Assembly (NCBI GenBank): GCA_031276685.1
Contig: JAISMQ010000071.1
Location: forward strand, 1-37,370
Source: Treponema sp.
GTDB lineage: Bacteria > Spirochaetota > Spirochaetia > Treponematales > Breznakiellaceae
DNA: 37,370 nt
Reading direction: 5' to 3'
The notes beneath the pieces are model-generated. The model did no database searches. It saw only the letters and a program-made list of their open reading frames with translations, and was not told the DNA's origin. Of the stretch, positions 1-8,882 are shown piece by piece. The first letter of the stretch is position 1, and each line of letters opens with the position of its first letter. The position numbers were made by a program, and so were the translations under genes.

Positions 1-1737
1 AGCCTGGGGGCGGAGCTTACGGTTAAGTCCTACATCGCGTATATGGAGAAGGCGAAGCCCAAGACCGTCATCGCCCAGCCCTGTCCCACCCTGGTGTCCT
101 TTATCGAAATGTACCGGCCAGAGCTGATTCCCTACCTGGCCCCCGCGGACAGCCCCATGATGCACACCATGAAGATGATCCGCCGCTTCTACACCGAATA
201 TCAAAACCACAAGATCGCCGTTATCTCCCCCTGCTATTCCAAGCGCCGGGAGTTTGATGCCTGCAAGCTGGGGGACTACAACGTGACCTTCCGTTCCCTG
301 GAAGATTATATAGACGCCCATGCCGTTGACGTGGCGCGGTTCCCCGCCGTGGAATACGACAATCCCCCTGCGGAGCGGGCGGTGCTTTTTTCTTCGCCCG
401 GCGGGCTTATGCGGACCGTGCAGCGCTACGATCAGGACGTGATGAGCCGTACCCGCAAGATTGAAGGGGTGAACGAGGTGTACCATTACTTTGCCCACCT
501 TGCCCAGGCCATTCAAACGGGGAACGCCCCGGTTTACCAGCTTATTGACTGCCTTAACTGCAGCATGGGCTGCAACGGCGGGCCGGGGACCCGGAACCGT
601 ACCAAACATCTGGACGATGTGGAATTCCTTGTGGAGAGGCGCCAAAAAGAGGCGCGGGCAAAGTACCAGAAGGGGGGCCGGCTACGGCGCTATCTGGGCC
701 GGAAAAAGCTTGAGAAAATGCTGGACAAGTACTGGACGGCGGATCTGTACAAGCGCGGCTATGTGGACCGTTCCTCGGTTTTCAAGAACCTGGTTCACGA
801 GCCCAACCGGCAGCAGATAGACGAGATATACGTTAAGCTTCATAAAACCGACCCCAGCCAAATACTTAACTGCGGGGCCTGCGGTTACCGGAGCTGCGAG
901 CAGATGGCGGTGGCGATCTTCAACGGCCTTAACAAGCCGGAAAACTGCGTCCACTACATGGAGGTAATTGCCGCCCAGCAGAGCGAAAGCGAGACCCGGC
1001 AGAAGCTTAACGCGGTGTACGACCGCACCCTGGTGGAACTGCACAAAAACCTGGACGGGATCAGCTCCCTTTCGTCAAGCATCACCGAAACCGCCAACTA
1101 TGTGTTTTCATCGACCTCCCAGATCGAAAAGATGGTGGAGGGGACCCAGGGTATCCATTCCACCCTGGAAAAGAACGCCGAGACGGTACTCCGGCTGAAT
1201 GAATCTTCCCAGGACAGCAAGGCGCGTTTCCACCGGATCGCAGAACTGATCGACGATGTGTCCGCCCAGGCGGACGAGCTGATCGAGGCATGCAGCGTTA
1301 TCGGGGACATCGCGGACCAGACCAGCATACTGGGGATGAACGCCGCCATTGAGGCCGCCCACGCCGGGGAGGCGGTGGGCAAGGGTTTCGCGGTGGTGGC
1401 GGGCGAAATACGGAAGCTGGCGGACAATTCCGGCAAGCAGGCGGTGGATATTCAAAACAGCCTGAAGAACATCAAGGTCCTGATCGACAGCTCCAAGGAA
1501 TCTTCCTCTCAGGCGGAAAACCAGTTCAACACCATTGTCGAACTGATCGCCCATGTAAAAACCGAAGAAATACGGATCAAGGGGACCATGGAAGAGCAGA
1601 CCGCCGGCAGCGCCCGGGTGATGAATTCCCTCCAGGAAATCAACAAGCTAATTTCCAAGGTAAAGGACGAATCGTCGAGCCTGCGGGAATCGGGCGAGCT
1701 GATAATCAACGACATCGGCGCGCTCAAGGTCATGTAG
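1..1737 (+). CDS. Sensory-type [FeFe]-hydrogenase-like domain fused to methyl-accepting chemotaxis (MCP) signalling domain; 5' end cut by window edge
   Basis: Frame 1 is open from nt 1, so the gene starts upstream of the track Met at 43. Degenerate H-cluster motifs are present: QPCPTL (cf. TSCCPxW), SPCYSKRRE (cf. MPCxxKxxE), [10 protein letters not shown] (cf. MxCxxGCxxGGGQ). A Cx2Cx4Cx16C motif follows (aa 277-302 of the track ORF). The C-terminal half has the invariant MCP hairpin [35 protein letters not shown]. No TM segment is visible. Confidence 0.8.
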   Translation, partial: SLGAELTVKSYIAYMEKAKPKTVIAQPCPTLVSFIEMYRPELIPYLAPADSPMMHTMKMIRRFYTEYQNHKIAVISPCYSKRREFDACKLGDYNVTFRSLEDYIDAHAVDVARFPAVEYDNPPAERAVLFSSPGGLMRTVQRYDQDVMSRTRKIEGVNEVYHYFAHLAQAIQTGNAPVYQLIDCLNCSMGCNGGPGTRNRTKHLDDVEFLVERRQKEARAKYQKGGRLRRYLGRKKLEKMLDKYWTADLYKRGYVDRSSVFKNLVHEPNRQQIDEIYVKLHKTDPSQILNCGACGYRSCEQMAVAIFNGLNKPENCVHYMEVIAAQQSESETRQKLNAVYDRTLVELHKNLDGISSLSSSITETANYVFSSTSQIEKMVEGTQGIHSTLEKNAETVLRLNESSQDSKARFHRIAELIDDVSAQADELIEACSVIGDIADQTSILGMNAAIEAAHAGEAVGKGFAVVAGEIRKLADNSGKQAVDIQNSLKNIKVLIDSSKESSSQAENQFNTIVELIAHVKTEEIRIKGTMEEQTAGSARVMNSLQEINKLISKVKDESSSLRESGELIINDIGALKVM

Positions 1738-1746
1738 GGGTTCCCA

Positions 1747-2322
1747 ATGATGACGAGCCTTTTTGGGGATCGCATGGTCTCCAAGGCAGACGGGCGGATA
1801 CGCTTCCGGGGCCTTATCGATTCGCTTGAGTCGGAAACCATCGAGGCCCAGGTGCTTGCCAATTCCCTGGGGGAACAGTACTACTGCGCGGCCCTGGGGG
1901 ACGTGCTTGGCTGTTTGCGCGCAATCATGTCGGCGGAGGTACGGGAGGCGCCCTTTGCCATGCCCTGCCTGTTCGGCCTTTCGGCGGACGAACTGCACCG
2001 CCAGACCCACGATGTAAAGGGGGCCTTTGGCCTTGCGGAACACCCGCTGCCGGATTACCGCCAGGGCCCGCTGGCGGCCCGGCTTAACACGCTGCGCGCC
2101 CGTATACGGGAAGCGGAACTCTGCGCCGTGCGGGTTTTTATCGAAGGCGGCGGCGCGAACCACGCCGACTCCGCGAACCAGGTTGGCCTCGCGAGCCAGA
2201 GCGGCCCCGCATGCTGCCGCGCCCCCCGCCGGGAAGACCTGCCCCTGGCCCTTAACCGGCTTTCCAGCGCCCTGTACTGGCTTTACTGCCGGCTGGTGGC
2301 GGGGTCACGGCCCCGCCCCTGA
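1747..2322 (+). CDS. PduO/EutT-like ATP:cob(I)alamin adenosyltransferase family protein
   Basis: N-terminus MTSLFGDRMVSKADGRIRFRGLIDSLESE resembles the (H)MT(H)L.G..LV.K.HPRI.FRG.LD.L motif of Cob_adeno_trans-type proteins. A C-terminal NRLSSALYWL-like segment is also typical. It starts 9 nt after the MCP stop. The antisense ORF 1648-2163 has an Arg/Gly/Pro-rich artefact composition. Confidence 0.55.
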   Translation: MMTSLFGDRMVSKADGRIRFRGLIDSLESETIEAQVLANSLGEQYYCAALGDVLGCLRAIMSAEVREAPFAMPCLFGLSADELHRQTHDVKGAFGLAEHPLPDYRQGPLAARLNTLRARIREAELCAVRVFIEGGGANHADSANQVGLASQSGPACCRAPRREDLPLALNRLSSALYWLYCRLVAGSRPRP

Positions 2323-2327
2323 CCGCC

Positions 2328-3164
2328 CTATTCTTTGACCGCCGCGCCGCCCATAGCCGTTACCAGCATCTGCTGGGTTATCATAAAAAAGATGACAAAG
2401 GGAACCGAGACAATAACCGACCCGGCGGCAAAATTCGTAAATTCGTTTTTCCTGTCGGTAACAAAGCTAAAGAGCCCCAGCGCCAGGGTCTGGTTTTCGC
2501 TGGAACGCAGTACCATTTTGGGAAAGATAAAGTCCATCCAGGGCGATGTAAAGCTTGAAATGGCAAGAAAGATAAGGATGGGCTTTATTACGGGCAGGAT
2601 AATCGTAAAGAAGATGCGCAGGTTGTTGGCGCCGTCAATGCGGGCCGCCTCGTCAAGGGAGACCGGGACGGTGTCAACGTAACTCTTTACCAGCCAGGTG
2701 TTGTAGGGGATATTGCCGGCCAGGTATACCAGTATCAGGCCCCACAGCCGGTCCAGCCCGCCGATGCGGTACAGGATGACATAGATGGCGATCATCCCGA
2801 CAAACGAAGGGAAGATCTGGAGTACCAGCAGGCTCATCATCATGCTTTTCTTAAACGTAAAGAAAAACCGCGAAAACACGTAGGCACCCAGGGACGCCAC
2901 CAGCACGGTCAGGGCGGACGTGGCAACGGCAATGAGCAGGGTGTTGCGGAACCAGAGGCCGTAGTTGGTTTCCATGAAAAGGTGCCGGAAGTGTTCAAAG
3001 GTTATGCCTTTGGAAAAGGGGACAATCGCCATATCGGAAATTGAGTTCCCCGGCGACACGGCCCCGCTTAGTACATACACCAGGGGGTAAAGCACGAAGA
3101 ACGTTACCACCGAAAGAAAAACTATCAGGATGGTTTTGTTTACAATTTTTACGGCCTTGTACAT
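2328..3164 (-). CDS. CUT1-family sugar ABC transporter permease (MalG-like)
   Basis: Six-TM-like hydrophobic profile and EAA loop EAARIDGANNLRIFFTIILPVIKP. The ATG overlaps the upstream permease stop (TAATG), and the SD GGGAGGA lies upstream. Confidence 0.9.
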   Translation of the reverse strand: MYKAVKIVNKTILIVFLSVVTFFVLYPLVYVLSGAVSPGNSISDMAIVPFSKGITFEHFRHLFMETNYGLWFRNTLLIAVATSALTVLVASLGAYVFSRFFFTFKKSMMMSLLVLQIFPSFVGMIAIYVILYRIGGLDRLWGLILVYLAGNIPYNTWLVKSYVDTVPVSLDEAARIDGANNLRIFFTIILPVIKPILIFLAISSFTSPWMDFIFPKMVLRSSENQTLALGLFSFVTDRKNEFTNFAAGSVIVSVPFVIFFMITQQMLVTAMGGAAVKE

Positions 3165-4495
3165 TATATCCTCCCTTCCCTGAAAGACTTGGTGCGTCTG
3201 AAATTGAAAATGGCAAAAGGCGCCAGAACGGCAAAGATCATAACCGCCAGAACCGATGCGTATTTATAATCCATCAGGGTAACGGTTAGTTTGTAAATCC
3301 AGGTGACAAGAATGTCCGTGCCTGCGGCGCTGGTAGTGGTGGTGTCGGCGACAATGGGCTGGCCTCCGGTAAGGAAGAAAATTGCCCCAAAGTTATTTAT
3401 GTTAAACGTAAAGGACATGATGATAAGCGGCATGGTCTGGTAAAGCACCAGGGGCAGGGTGATTCTGGTAAAGGTCTGGAACTTGTTGGCGCCGTCTATG
3501 CTGGAAGCTTCGTAAATATCCTTGGGTATGGCGGTAAGGGTCCCCGTTACCAGCAGCATAAAGTAGGGGACGCCGGCCCAGAAGTTCACCAAAACGCAGG
3601 TGAATTTGGCCATCCACTGGTCGGAAAGCCAGGGTATTACGGCGCCCGGTTTAAGAAAGCCCAGGGCGATAAGGGTCTGGTTGACGGTCCCAAAGGATCC
3701 GTTAAGCAGGTTTTGCCAGACCAGCATGGAAACTACCGCCGGCACCGCGTAGGGCAGGATAAAAACCGTTCTGAAAAAGGGGATAATTTTTATCTTGCTT
3801 TCGTGCAGCACCACCGCCAGTATGGTACCGCCGAAGTAGCAGGTAAAGGTGGCCAGGGCGCCCCACGCAAGGGTCCACGCGGCAACCCGGCCAAGCGCGC
3901 CGGTCCAGGTTTTTTCGCCGCCGAACATGGCGGCAAAATTCCTGGCCCCCACCCAGTCGACCGTATTATTGGGAGGTATGTGGTCGGGGGTAGAATAATT
4001 GGTAAAGGCCACAAGGACCGAAAACACCAGGGGTACGATGACAAAGAAAACTATCATCAGCACCGCCGGGGCCAGGCCGAAGATTGGGAAGGCCCGGTTA
4101 AGAAGCTCGCCGAAAGGGTTCCTGCTTTTCGGCATTCTTCCGGTAACCTTGTATTCGTCCCATGTTCTTAGGGCGCTGCGCGCCGTTATGGCATACATGG
4201 CGGCGTAGATGCCGATGACGGCGAGTACCATAACCCCGTCTATAAGCATAAAAACCGAATTGTCCCGCTGCCGTATGGGAAGCTGCGGTTTTGGGTCCCC
4301 CAGGGTGATAAGGTGGTACAGTACCGTTACCAGCCGGGGCGAAAGGACGATCATCACAACTTCGATAAGGGCAAGCAGGACACCTTTAAGGTACTGCTTC
4401 AGGAAGATGATGTGCCCCAGGCCCATAAAAGCCAGCGATGCGATTAGTACGCTGAGCCGATCCTTGTCTTTGCCCTTCTCAGTCATCTGCTGCAT
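3164..4495 (-). CDS. CUT1-family sugar ABC transporter permease (MalF-like)
   Basis: Long multi-TM protein with EAA loop EASSIDGANKFQTFTRITLPLV. Its length and N-terminal extension are typical of MalF/MdxF-type permeases. Confidence 0.9.
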   Translation of the reverse strand: MQQMTEKGKDKDRLSVLIASLAFMGLGHIIFLKQYLKGVLLALIEVVMIVLSPRLVTVLYHLITLGDPKPQLPIRQRDNSVFMLIDGVMVLAVIGIYAAMYAITARSALRTWDEYKVTGRMPKSRNPFGELLNRAFPIFGLAPAVLMIVFFVIVPLVFSVLVAFTNYSTPDHIPPNNTVDWVGARNFAAMFGGEKTWTGALGRVAAWTLAWGALATFTCYFGGTILAVVLHESKIKIIPFFRTVFILPYAVPAVVSMLVWQNLLNGSFGTVNQTLIALGFLKPGAVIPWLSDQWMAKFTCVLVNFWAGVPYFMLLVTGTLTAIPKDIYEASSIDGANKFQTFTRITLPLVLYQTMPLIIMSFTFNINNFGAIFFLTGGQPIVADTTTTSAAGTDILVTWIYKLTVTLMDYKYASVLAVMIFAVLAPFAIFNFRRTKSFREGRI

Positions 4496-4550
4496 GGTTT
4501 ACCGCCTTTTATGACAGGCAGCCCCGGATCAGCGGGAACCCCGGGCTGCC

Positions 4551-4587
4551 CAAAGAAAAAGGCCGCCCGTTTAATTCCGGACGGCCC
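4551..4587 (-). terminator. Intra-operon rho-independent terminator/attenuator between binding-protein and permease genes
   Basis: The minus strand reads GGCCGTCCG-gaattaaa-CGGGCGGCC followed by TTTTTCTTT, immediately after the binding-protein stop (4593). Confidence 0.5.
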
Positions 4588-4592
4588 GCTGC

Positions 4593-5789
4593 TTAATTGG
4601 CCGCGATGATAACGTTGTTGCAGGCGTCAAGTTCCCGTTTGACATTGGCGCCGTTCCAGATATTCGCGCTGGCCGCGTTCATGGCGTCCCAGAATTTCGC
4701 CATGGGCGGAATCGAGGGCATGGGGAAAGCGTAGTTAAGCTGTTCTATAAAACCGGCGGCGTAGGGGTTGTTCGTGGAAACGTCAATGGCCGGCAGGGTA
4801 TTGGTGATATTGGCCCGGAGCTGCTGCATTTCCGGCGTCATAAGAAAAGCGCCAAAGTCGTTGGCCTCGTCGGGGTGGTTGGAATAGGCCGAAACGAACA
4901 TCACCCTGGTGCCGGAGAACGAAGCGGCGGGGGTGGTTTCCCCGGGCAGGCTTGGCAGGGGCGCGATGCCGATATCAAGGCCCGCGTTCACAAAATTCAT
5001 CACGTTCCAGGGGCCGGAGATGTACATGGCGGCTTTCCCGGACTGGAAGAGGCCGTCCGCCCTTGCGGTGTTAATGTCGGCGGCCGGCACGTTCAAAGCC
5101 TGCCGTATGCTCTGGAAGAACTCCATCCCCGTAACTGCGGCTTCGGAGTTCAGGTGGGTGTTCTGCGTATCGGTACCGCTGGGGCCAAAGAGCCGGTTCC
5201 CCCCCTTGGTGGTAAAGATGATGCTGTAATAGGCGTTGCCCACGTCCATAAGAAACGCATAGGTGTCCTCTTTCTTGAAGCTTTTTATGTAGGTAAGCAT
5301 AGCCGGCCAGGTCTTGGGCACTTCGCTTTCCTGGATAAGGGCCTTGTTGTAGAACAGTGCGTAGGTTTCCGCCGATACGGGGTAGCCGTATTGTACGCCC
5401 CCGTAGGTGGAGGCGGTACGGCAGGCGCCCAGAATGTTGCTGTTGACCGATTCGGTATTGGCCGTGGGCAGGACATGGCCGTTGGTTACCAGTTCCCCCA
5501 GGCGGTCGTGGGGCGCCGCGAAAAGGTCCGGGCCCACATTGGCGGGGCCGTCCAGGGCGATCTGGTTAACCGAATCGCCAAGCTCCACATTGACAAATTT
5601 GATCGTTACATTGGGGTGCAGTTTGGTGTAGGCCTCCCCCGCCTGCCTGACGAACTCATCGGGCCCATTGGTGGATTCCCACACCGTCAATTCAACTTTT
5701 GCCGGACCGGACGAGGCGGCCCCATCCTTCTTGCTGCATCCGGCAAAATCCAACAGTCCAAGAACTATCAAAAGAAGTCTTTTGAACAT
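4593..5789 (-). CDS. Sugar ABC transporter substrate-binding lipoprotein (MalE/maltodextrin-binding-like)
   Basis: Signal peptide with lipobox (LLDFAGC), and MalE-like family-1 solute-binding sequence throughout. SD GGGAG lies 6 nt upstream of the ATG. Confidence 0.9.
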   Translation of the reverse strand: MFKRLLLIVLGLLDFAGCSKKDGAASSGPAKVELTVWESTNGPDEFVRQAGEAYTKLHPNVTIKFVNVELGDSVNQIALDGPANVGPDLFAAPHDRLGELVTNGHVLPTANTESVNSNILGACRTASTYGGVQYGYPVSAETYALFYNKALIQESEVPKTWPAMLTYIKSFKKEDTYAFLMDVGNAYYSIIFTTKGGNRLFGPSGTDTQNTHLNSEAAVTGMEFFQSIRQALNVPAADINTARADGLFQSGKAAMYISGPWNVMNFVNAGLDIGIAPLPSLPGETTPAASFSGTRVMFVSAYSNHPDEANDFGAFLMTPEMQQLRANITNTLPAIDVSTNNPYAAGFIEQLNYAFPMPSIPPMAKFWDAMNAASANIWNGANVKRELDACNNVIIAAN

Positions 5790-5868
5790 TTTTGATCTCC
5801 CTTACGTGGTGATAATCGGTCCAGGCCAAAACCGCCCGGTTTTGGGTATAGATCGACTTACATATGAA

Positions 5869-5877
5869 AGTATAGCA
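5869..5877 (-). promoter_or_regulatory. Candidate extended -10 promoter (TGcTATACT) for the sugar ABC operon
   Basis: The minus strand reads TGCTATACT about 80 nt upstream of the binding-protein ATG, in an AT-rich intergenic stretch. No good -35 is present. Confidence 0.3.
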
Positions 5878-6015
5878 CTAATTGCGTAAAGAATTTCAAA
5901 TAGCAGGAAAATTTTGTTCTGTCCGGCCGGTGTGGGCGGAAGATTGTTCAGAATTCTGTAATAAACGCCACAGAATTACGCGAAAACGCGGCGTTTCGCT
6001 GCCCGGCAAGCGGCT

Positions 6016-6435
6016 TCATTTTTTGGCGGTAGTAAAACCGTTGCCGATCATCTCGGCAATGGGGACGCCCAGATCGTCGCTTACGCTGATCCGGTAGACC
6101 GCCATGTTCTTTCCCCTGGACAGGCACACGGACCTGGCGGTAAGGCGTTTTCCCCTGGTGCTTTTCAGGTAGGAGATGCTGCAGGACTGGCCCACGGTAA
6201 TCCCCACATCGGCGCCGCAGACCATGTCCAGGTTCGAGTGTACCGCAAAGGCCAGATCCGCCAGCGTAAAGATGGCGCCCCCCTGGACCCCCCCGCCGGC
6301 GTTCCGGTGGGTATCGGTAATCTCCATGCTGCACTCCACCAGGTCTTCCCGTACCGAGTCGATGACCGCCCCCGCAGCCGCGGCCCAACGGTCGGCGGAA
6401 AAAAACGTCCGGAATTTGTCCAAGTCAATGTCCAC
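6016..6435 (-). CDS. PaaI-family hotdog-fold thioesterase
   Basis: HRNAGGGVQGGAIFTLADLAFAVHSN matches the PaaI/4HBT core. I place the start at GTG 6435, which is preceded by a perfect AGGAGG (6441-6446). The track start (TTG 6483) would abut the divergent rpoN ATG. Confidence 0.8.
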   Translation of the reverse strand: MDIDLDKFRTFFSADRWAAAAGAVIDSVREDLVECSMEITDTHRNAGGGVQGGAIFTLADLAFAVHSNLDMVCGADVGITVGQSCSISYLKSTRGKRLTARSVCLSRGKNMAVYRISVSDDLGVPIAEMIGNGFTTAKK

Positions 6436-6482
6436 GGGATCCTCCTGCGAATTTACGGTAACATGGCATTTTTGGTCCGTCA

Positions 6483-7862
6483 ATGTTACAATTAGGCACT
6501 GTGCAATTGCGGCCGGTCTTAATTCAGGAACAGCGCCTCAAAATGAACCCCCAGATTATCCAGGCGGTTAAATTGATCGAACTGCCCCTTCTGGACCTGC
6601 GCGGGCGGATTCAGGAGGAGCTTGAGCAGAACCCGGCGCTGGAGATGCTGGAAGACAGATCCACCGTTTCCCTGGAAGGGGCGGAAAAGCCTGTACGGGA
6701 GGAAGACGAGTACTTCGAGGCCAGCTCCGATCCGGGTTTTACCCGCCGGCAGGGCATGGAAGCCTCCGACGAGCGGCAGCGCTTTATGGAAGGGGTCCTT
6801 ACCCGTGCGGAAACCCTGCAGGAACACCTGCTGCAGCAGATCCAACTGGAACCTATCGACGGCGAGCTGCGCGGGATCTGCGAAACCCTGATCCAGAACC
6901 TGGACACCGACGGCTTCCACAAGGAACCTGTGGGGACCCTGTTCGCGGACCCTCCCCCCCGCCTTGAAGAAGCCATGAACCTGGTCCGTTCTCTGGACCC
7001 CTGCGGAACCTGTACCTCCGGCTACCTTGAGTCGCTGCGGGTCCAGGCGGGCTTTTTGGACAATCCCCCCCCGGGCATCGAGGAAGCCCTTGGCTGCCTG
7101 GAATCTCTGCAGGGGGAGGACCTGGGCCGGGGGACAACGGCGGAAATCGCCATGAAGCTGGGCAAAACCGAGGAGGAACTACAGCTTTGCCTGGACAGTA
7201 TCCGGGATCTTTCCCCGTTTCCGGGCCGGCAGTTTGCCTCCGGCGAGGTCCGCTACGTGATTCCCGATATACAGGTACTCCGCCGGGACGGGGATCTGGT
7301 TATCGTGCTGAACGAGGAAGAGATCCCCGTCCTGGGGATCAGCCACGATTTCCGCAAGCTTGTCTCCAGAACCAGCAAGGACACCCGCGAATTTGTCCAG
7401 AAGACCATCCAGGAGGCCCGCTGGTTCATCAACTCGGTCAACTTCCGGAACCAGACGCTGCTGCGGGTTTCGCGGGCGGTGGTGCTTTTCCAGCGGGATT
7501 TCTTTGTCCGGGGCCCCAAATTCCTGGCCCCCCTTACGCGGCGGGACATTGCCCAGGAACTGGAGCTTAACGACACGACCGTGTCCCGTATTGCGCGGGG
7601 GAAGTACATGCAGACCGAATGGGGGGTTTTCGAGATCCGGTACTTCTTTACGAATTCCATCAGCGGCCCCGGATCGGGGGGCTCCCAACATTCCAAGGGG
7701 GGCGTCAAGGAGGTGATCCGGGAGATCATCGATGCCGAAAAGGGGAAGCTTTCCGACCAGAAGATCGTGGAGCTTTTGTCAAAGCGGGGCATCAGCCTGG
7801 CCCGGCGGACGGTTGCCAAGTACCGGGCCGAGCTTGAACTGGGGTCGTCCTACGAACGCTAA
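6483..7862 (+). CDS. rpoN: RNA polymerase sigma-54 factor
   Basis: Region I (LQL..QL....Q.L.M.PQ..QA..L.ELP..DL), an acidic region II, and a C-terminal HTH plus RpoN box (ARRTVAKYR). Confidence 0.95.
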   Translation: MLQLGTVQLRPVLIQEQRLKMNPQIIQAVKLIELPLLDLRGRIQEELEQNPALEMLEDRSTVSLEGAEKPVREEDEYFEASSDPGFTRRQGMEASDERQRFMEGVLTRAETLQEHLLQQIQLEPIDGELRGICETLIQNLDTDGFHKEPVGTLFADPPPRLEEAMNLVRSLDPCGTCTSGYLESLRVQAGFLDNPPPGIEEALGCLESLQGEDLGRGTTAEIAMKLGKTEEELQLCLDSIRDLSPFPGRQFASGEVRYVIPDIQVLRRDGDLVIVLNEEEIPVLGISHDFRKLVSRTSKDTREFVQKTIQEARWFINSVNFRNQTLLRVSRAVVLFQRDFFVRGPKFLAPLTRRDIAQELELNDTTVSRIARGKYMQTEWGVFEIRYFFTNSISGPGSGGSQHSKGGVKEVIREIIDAEKGKLSDQKIVELLSKRGISLARRTVAKYRAELELGSSYER

Positions 7863-7906
7863 CTTTTTCCGGGGTAGTGTGGTAGTATGGGACGCTGGAG
7901 GCTGCC

Positions 7907-8197
7907 ATGAATATTGACGTTAGGGCCGTGCATTTTAGCCTGAAGGATGAATCCAGACAGTACCTGGACCGGAAGATCGCCCGTATTCACAATGCGGAGA
8001 ACATGATCGTGGATCTGCTTATCACGCTGACCCACGACAAAGATTTTCAGGCGGAGGCGACGGTGAACTTCCGCTGGGGTGTTTCCGTCCACGTCAAGGA
8101 AACCGCGTTCGAAGTTAATCCGGCAATTGACAAGCTTATGGACGTGCTTGATCAGAAGATCACCAAAGAAAAAGAAAAGGCCGCGGCAAAGAGGTAG
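7907..8197 (+). CDS. hpf: Ribosome hibernation promoting factor / sigma-54 modulation protein (short form)
   Basis: 96 aa and S30AE/YfiA-like (MNIDVRAVHFSLKDESRQYLDRKI...). It sits in the classical position directly downstream of rpoN. SD GGAGG is present. Confidence 0.9.
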   Translation: MNIDVRAVHFSLKDESRQYLDRKIARIHNAENMIVDLLITLTHDKDFQAEATVNFRWGVSVHVKETAFEVNPAIDKLMDVLDQKITKEKEKAAAKR

Positions 8198-8293
8198 GCC
8201 GGCCGGCTTACCGGGAACTTCCGGGCCGGGGCTAAAGCCAGCCTGCGGACGCCGGGGGTAATTTAACGCACGACAGGCCGCTAGGAGCGCACT

Positions 8294-8818
8294 ATGGTCA
8301 ACGCTATTGTAACCTTCGCCAAGTACAACCAGGAGGCGAACAAAAAAATCCTGGACCTGCTAAACGGGATTTCCAACGACGAACGGGAAAGGGAGCGGGG
8401 CTCCTACTACCACAGCCTGTCCGGGCTGGTCCGCCATATCGGAAGCGGGACATTGTTCTTTGCCGGGCTTTTTCGCGGCGCTTTGGGCTCCGCGCCGGCG
8501 GCCAAACCCCTGGCGGCCCTGGAGAAGATCAGCTTTCCCCCGGACGCCCTGGACGAAGCCCAGTGGGACAGGACGGCCGCCGGCTTGGAAAGCGTGGACC
8601 AGGCCCTGGCGGACTTTGCCGGGGCCCTGAACGATGCCAGCCTTGCCGCCCCGGTAAAGCTCGACTGGTACGGCGGCGACCCCGCGGACGTGCCCCTGTC
8701 CTTCATGTTCTACCAACTGACCGTCCACAACACCCACCACCGGGGGCAGATATCCCAGATCCTCGATGAACTAAAAATCGACAACGACTATTCGGCAATC
8801 AACGTGGCCTTCCGCTAG
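8294..8818 (+). CDS. DinB-family protein
   Basis: DinB/YfiT-like four-helix pattern with conserved His residues, including the C-terminal HNTHHRGQISQIL. SD AGGAG is present. Confidence 0.8.
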   Translation: MVNAIVTFAKYNQEANKKILDLLNGISNDERERERGSYYHSLSGLVRHIGSGTLFFAGLFRGALGSAPAAKPLAALEKISFPPDALDEAQWDRTAAGLESVDQALADFAGALNDASLAAPVKLDWYGGDPADVPLSFMFYQLTVHNTHHRGQISQILDELKIDNDYSAINVAFR

Positions 8819-8882
8819 GCCGCCGCTGGCCCTTCCCCGCCGCCCGGGGCCAGCGCCTATATAAGGCCGTTTTGCATCCCTG

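Noticed and set aside
5949-5977. Palindrome CAGAATTCTG plus a second ACAGAATT copy 22 nt downstream, upstream of the sugar ABC operon (possible operator).
   Set aside because: It is only 10 bp and about 160 nt from the gene start. It also lies within the 3' region of the thioesterase transcript. It is too short to separate from chance without genome-wide motif data.
6494-6510. Sigma-54-like -24/-12 element AGGCAC-N7-TTGC near the rpoN start.
   Set aside because: The GG-to-GC spacing is 14 nt instead of 12, and it lies inside the rpoN coding sequence. I saw no other TGGCAC-N5-TTGC match in any intergenic region, so no sigma-54 target is called in this window.
8824-8855. Hairpin CGCTGGCCC-N14-GGGCCAGCG between the convergent DinB-family and acsE-like genes, as a bidirectional terminator.
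   Set aside because: It has a large loop and no U-tract on either side. It is plausible but not supportable as an intrinsic terminator from sequence alone.
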